In this document: positions 33,341-34,726 of the stretch, piece after piece
How the letters are laid out: each line of letters starts with the position of its first letter
Numbering within the stretch: the stretch's first letter is position 1
Assembly: GCF_001194135.2 (NCBI RefSeq)
Contig: NC_068982.1
Span: forward strand, 86,590,092 to 86,624,817
Direction of reading: 5' to 3'
Length of the DNA stretch: 34,726 bases
Source of the DNA: Octopus bimaculoides
Taxonomy: Eukaryota
Made by a program: the position numbers and the translations under genes
The notes under the pieces: model-generated
Databases searched by the model: none
The model's input: only the letters and a program-made list of their open reading frames with translations
Told to the model about the DNA's origin: nothing

Positions 33341-34449
33341 GATGTACTTTAAGACCTCTTGATTCCAAACTTTCCTTCTATGTGTGAGATTTTTACTCTA
33401 ATTCTTTGACTGATTCATCCATGAGAATTAGGTGATAAGAATGCAGATTTTCCTACTGACAGCCAGTTTAAACTCTCCTGATAAATGTGAAAATGATGAG
33501 CATAAAGTGGGAATGTATTACTGATATGGTCTTTATAACATGGCACATTATAAGAACCGAAATTGCTGTGTTGAATGATTAACACTGGGATAAACAAAAT
33601 ATATCTGTAAAAACAATACGTAAACATACACATCTGTGCATAGAAAAACGAATTTAAATTCTTTTTAAAAAAAAAAAAGCTTAATAGTCACAGCACTCTC
33701 TGTTTCAGTATCTACTGAATAACAATTTTATATGACCTACACTGTATCTGAATTTCAAATATCTCCATAATTTGACTTGTACTATGGCAGTATCTATGAA
33801 TTTAGCTTATAATTGCAGAGAAGTGCCTGAACGTTCCTGTGAACCTAGATCTCTCACCTCTCAAGGGTAATCAACATAGGTATATATATTTTTTCTTTTT
33901 AATGATTCAGTTTTTCTGATAGACATGGCCTACACTGAGCATTCTGAAAAAACACACAGATCAATATTGACTTACCTTCATGACTACAAACACACAAACA
34001 AGCCACAAAGCACTTAAACACATGCAAAAATATATATACTTACTCTCAGGTGCACACTACTCACATGAGTATAAACATTACTCAGGAATATGTCTGTGCA
34101 TGCATGTGCACACACACACACCACCACTAAATGTGTGTGCTATATTTTGAGACTGACAAATTATCACTTTTTGTAATCACTGATTGCTTAAACTTTATTG
34201 ACTCTTTGTAAACATTGTATCTTTACCTGTAAATATTGGTTTCTGCTTATAACAATTACATATGAGAACCAGAAGTTAAAAGTGAAAGGTTTAGAAAATA
34301 AGTACTCACAGTAAATATGTGTGATAAGAGAAAGAAAATCCATGAAAATCATTTCCTTTTATCAAATTTTACTTACAATTACATGTTAGTTACTGGCATT
34401 TTGGTTGCATGATGCCATAGTATGCTATTTCTACATTCATCATATATAA

Positions 34450-34726
34450 TCATCATCATCGTTTAACGTCCGCTTTCCATGCTAGCATGGGTTGGACGAT
34501 TTGACTGAGGACTGGTGCAACCGGATGGCTACACCAGGCTCCAATCTAATTTGGCAGAGTTTCTACAGCTGGATGCCCTTCCTAACGCCAACCACTCAGA
34601 GAGTGTAGTGGGTGCTTTTACGTGTCACCCGCACGAAAACGGCCACGCTCGAACTGGTGTCTTTTATGTGCCACCCGCACAAGAGCCAGTCCAGGGGCAC
34701 TGGCAACGATCTCGCTCGAAAACTCT
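34450..34726 (-). mobile_element. 3' UTR and (GAT)n tail of an RTE LINE, continuing off the window's right edge
   Basis: catcatcatcgtttaacgtccgctttccatgctagcatgggttggacgatttgactgaggactggtg... is nearly identical to 26530-26820. Confidence 0.92.

Noticed and set aside
33976-34023. Minus-strand MCLSALWLVCVFVVMK followed by a phase-0 donor (aag|gtaagt), as a candidate lysozyme signal-peptide exon
   Set aside because: It is phase-compatible with the IET exon but lacks the CxxCxC motif whose disulfide partners are retained downstream, and no intervening CxxCxC exon was found. It remains possible as an upstream exon but is unsupported without cDNA.
1-34726. CRISPR arrays, prokaryotic defence or operon systems, rRNA or intact tRNA genes
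   Set aside because: No regularly spaced repeat-spacer arrays, no gene-dense prokaryotic organisation and no complete cloverleaf. The only tRNA-like sequences are decayed SINE heads.

Overview
AT-rich, repeat-dense animal genomic DNA with four N gaps (8724-8991, 14154-14656, 16770-16994, 18300-18707). The SINE and RTE repeat repertoire resembles a cephalopod (Octopus-like); that assignment is inference. Two host genes end tail-to-tail. One is the last coding exon of a SPEF1/CLAMP-like gene (+, 538-630). The other is an invertebrate (i-type) lysozyme/destabilase-like gene on the minus strand, with exons at 31421-31310 and 6924-6731 that splice in frame across one ~24.4 kb intron. The encoded lysozyme keeps the catalytic Glu and the Cys scaffold, but the second catalytic Asp appears displaced and several substrate-binding residues differ. 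The intron is a stack of transposons: a non-autonomous Helitron carrying a TTAGGG-like array and inserted at an A|T site inside a SINE; RTE LINEs with a PHD finger inside ORF2; a full-length dead mariner; a Helitron that appears to host an RTE fragment and a near full-length Tx1-like LINE; a Penelope-like GIY-YIG remnant; and a MITE-like foldback. Between the genes lies a tRNA-headed element bracketed by inverted Penelope-type termini that carry minimal hammerhead-ribozyme motifs, the most unusual non-coding structure here. No prokaryotic genes, CRISPR arrays, rRNA or intact tRNA genes were seen. All family assignments rest on recalled motifs, not database searches.
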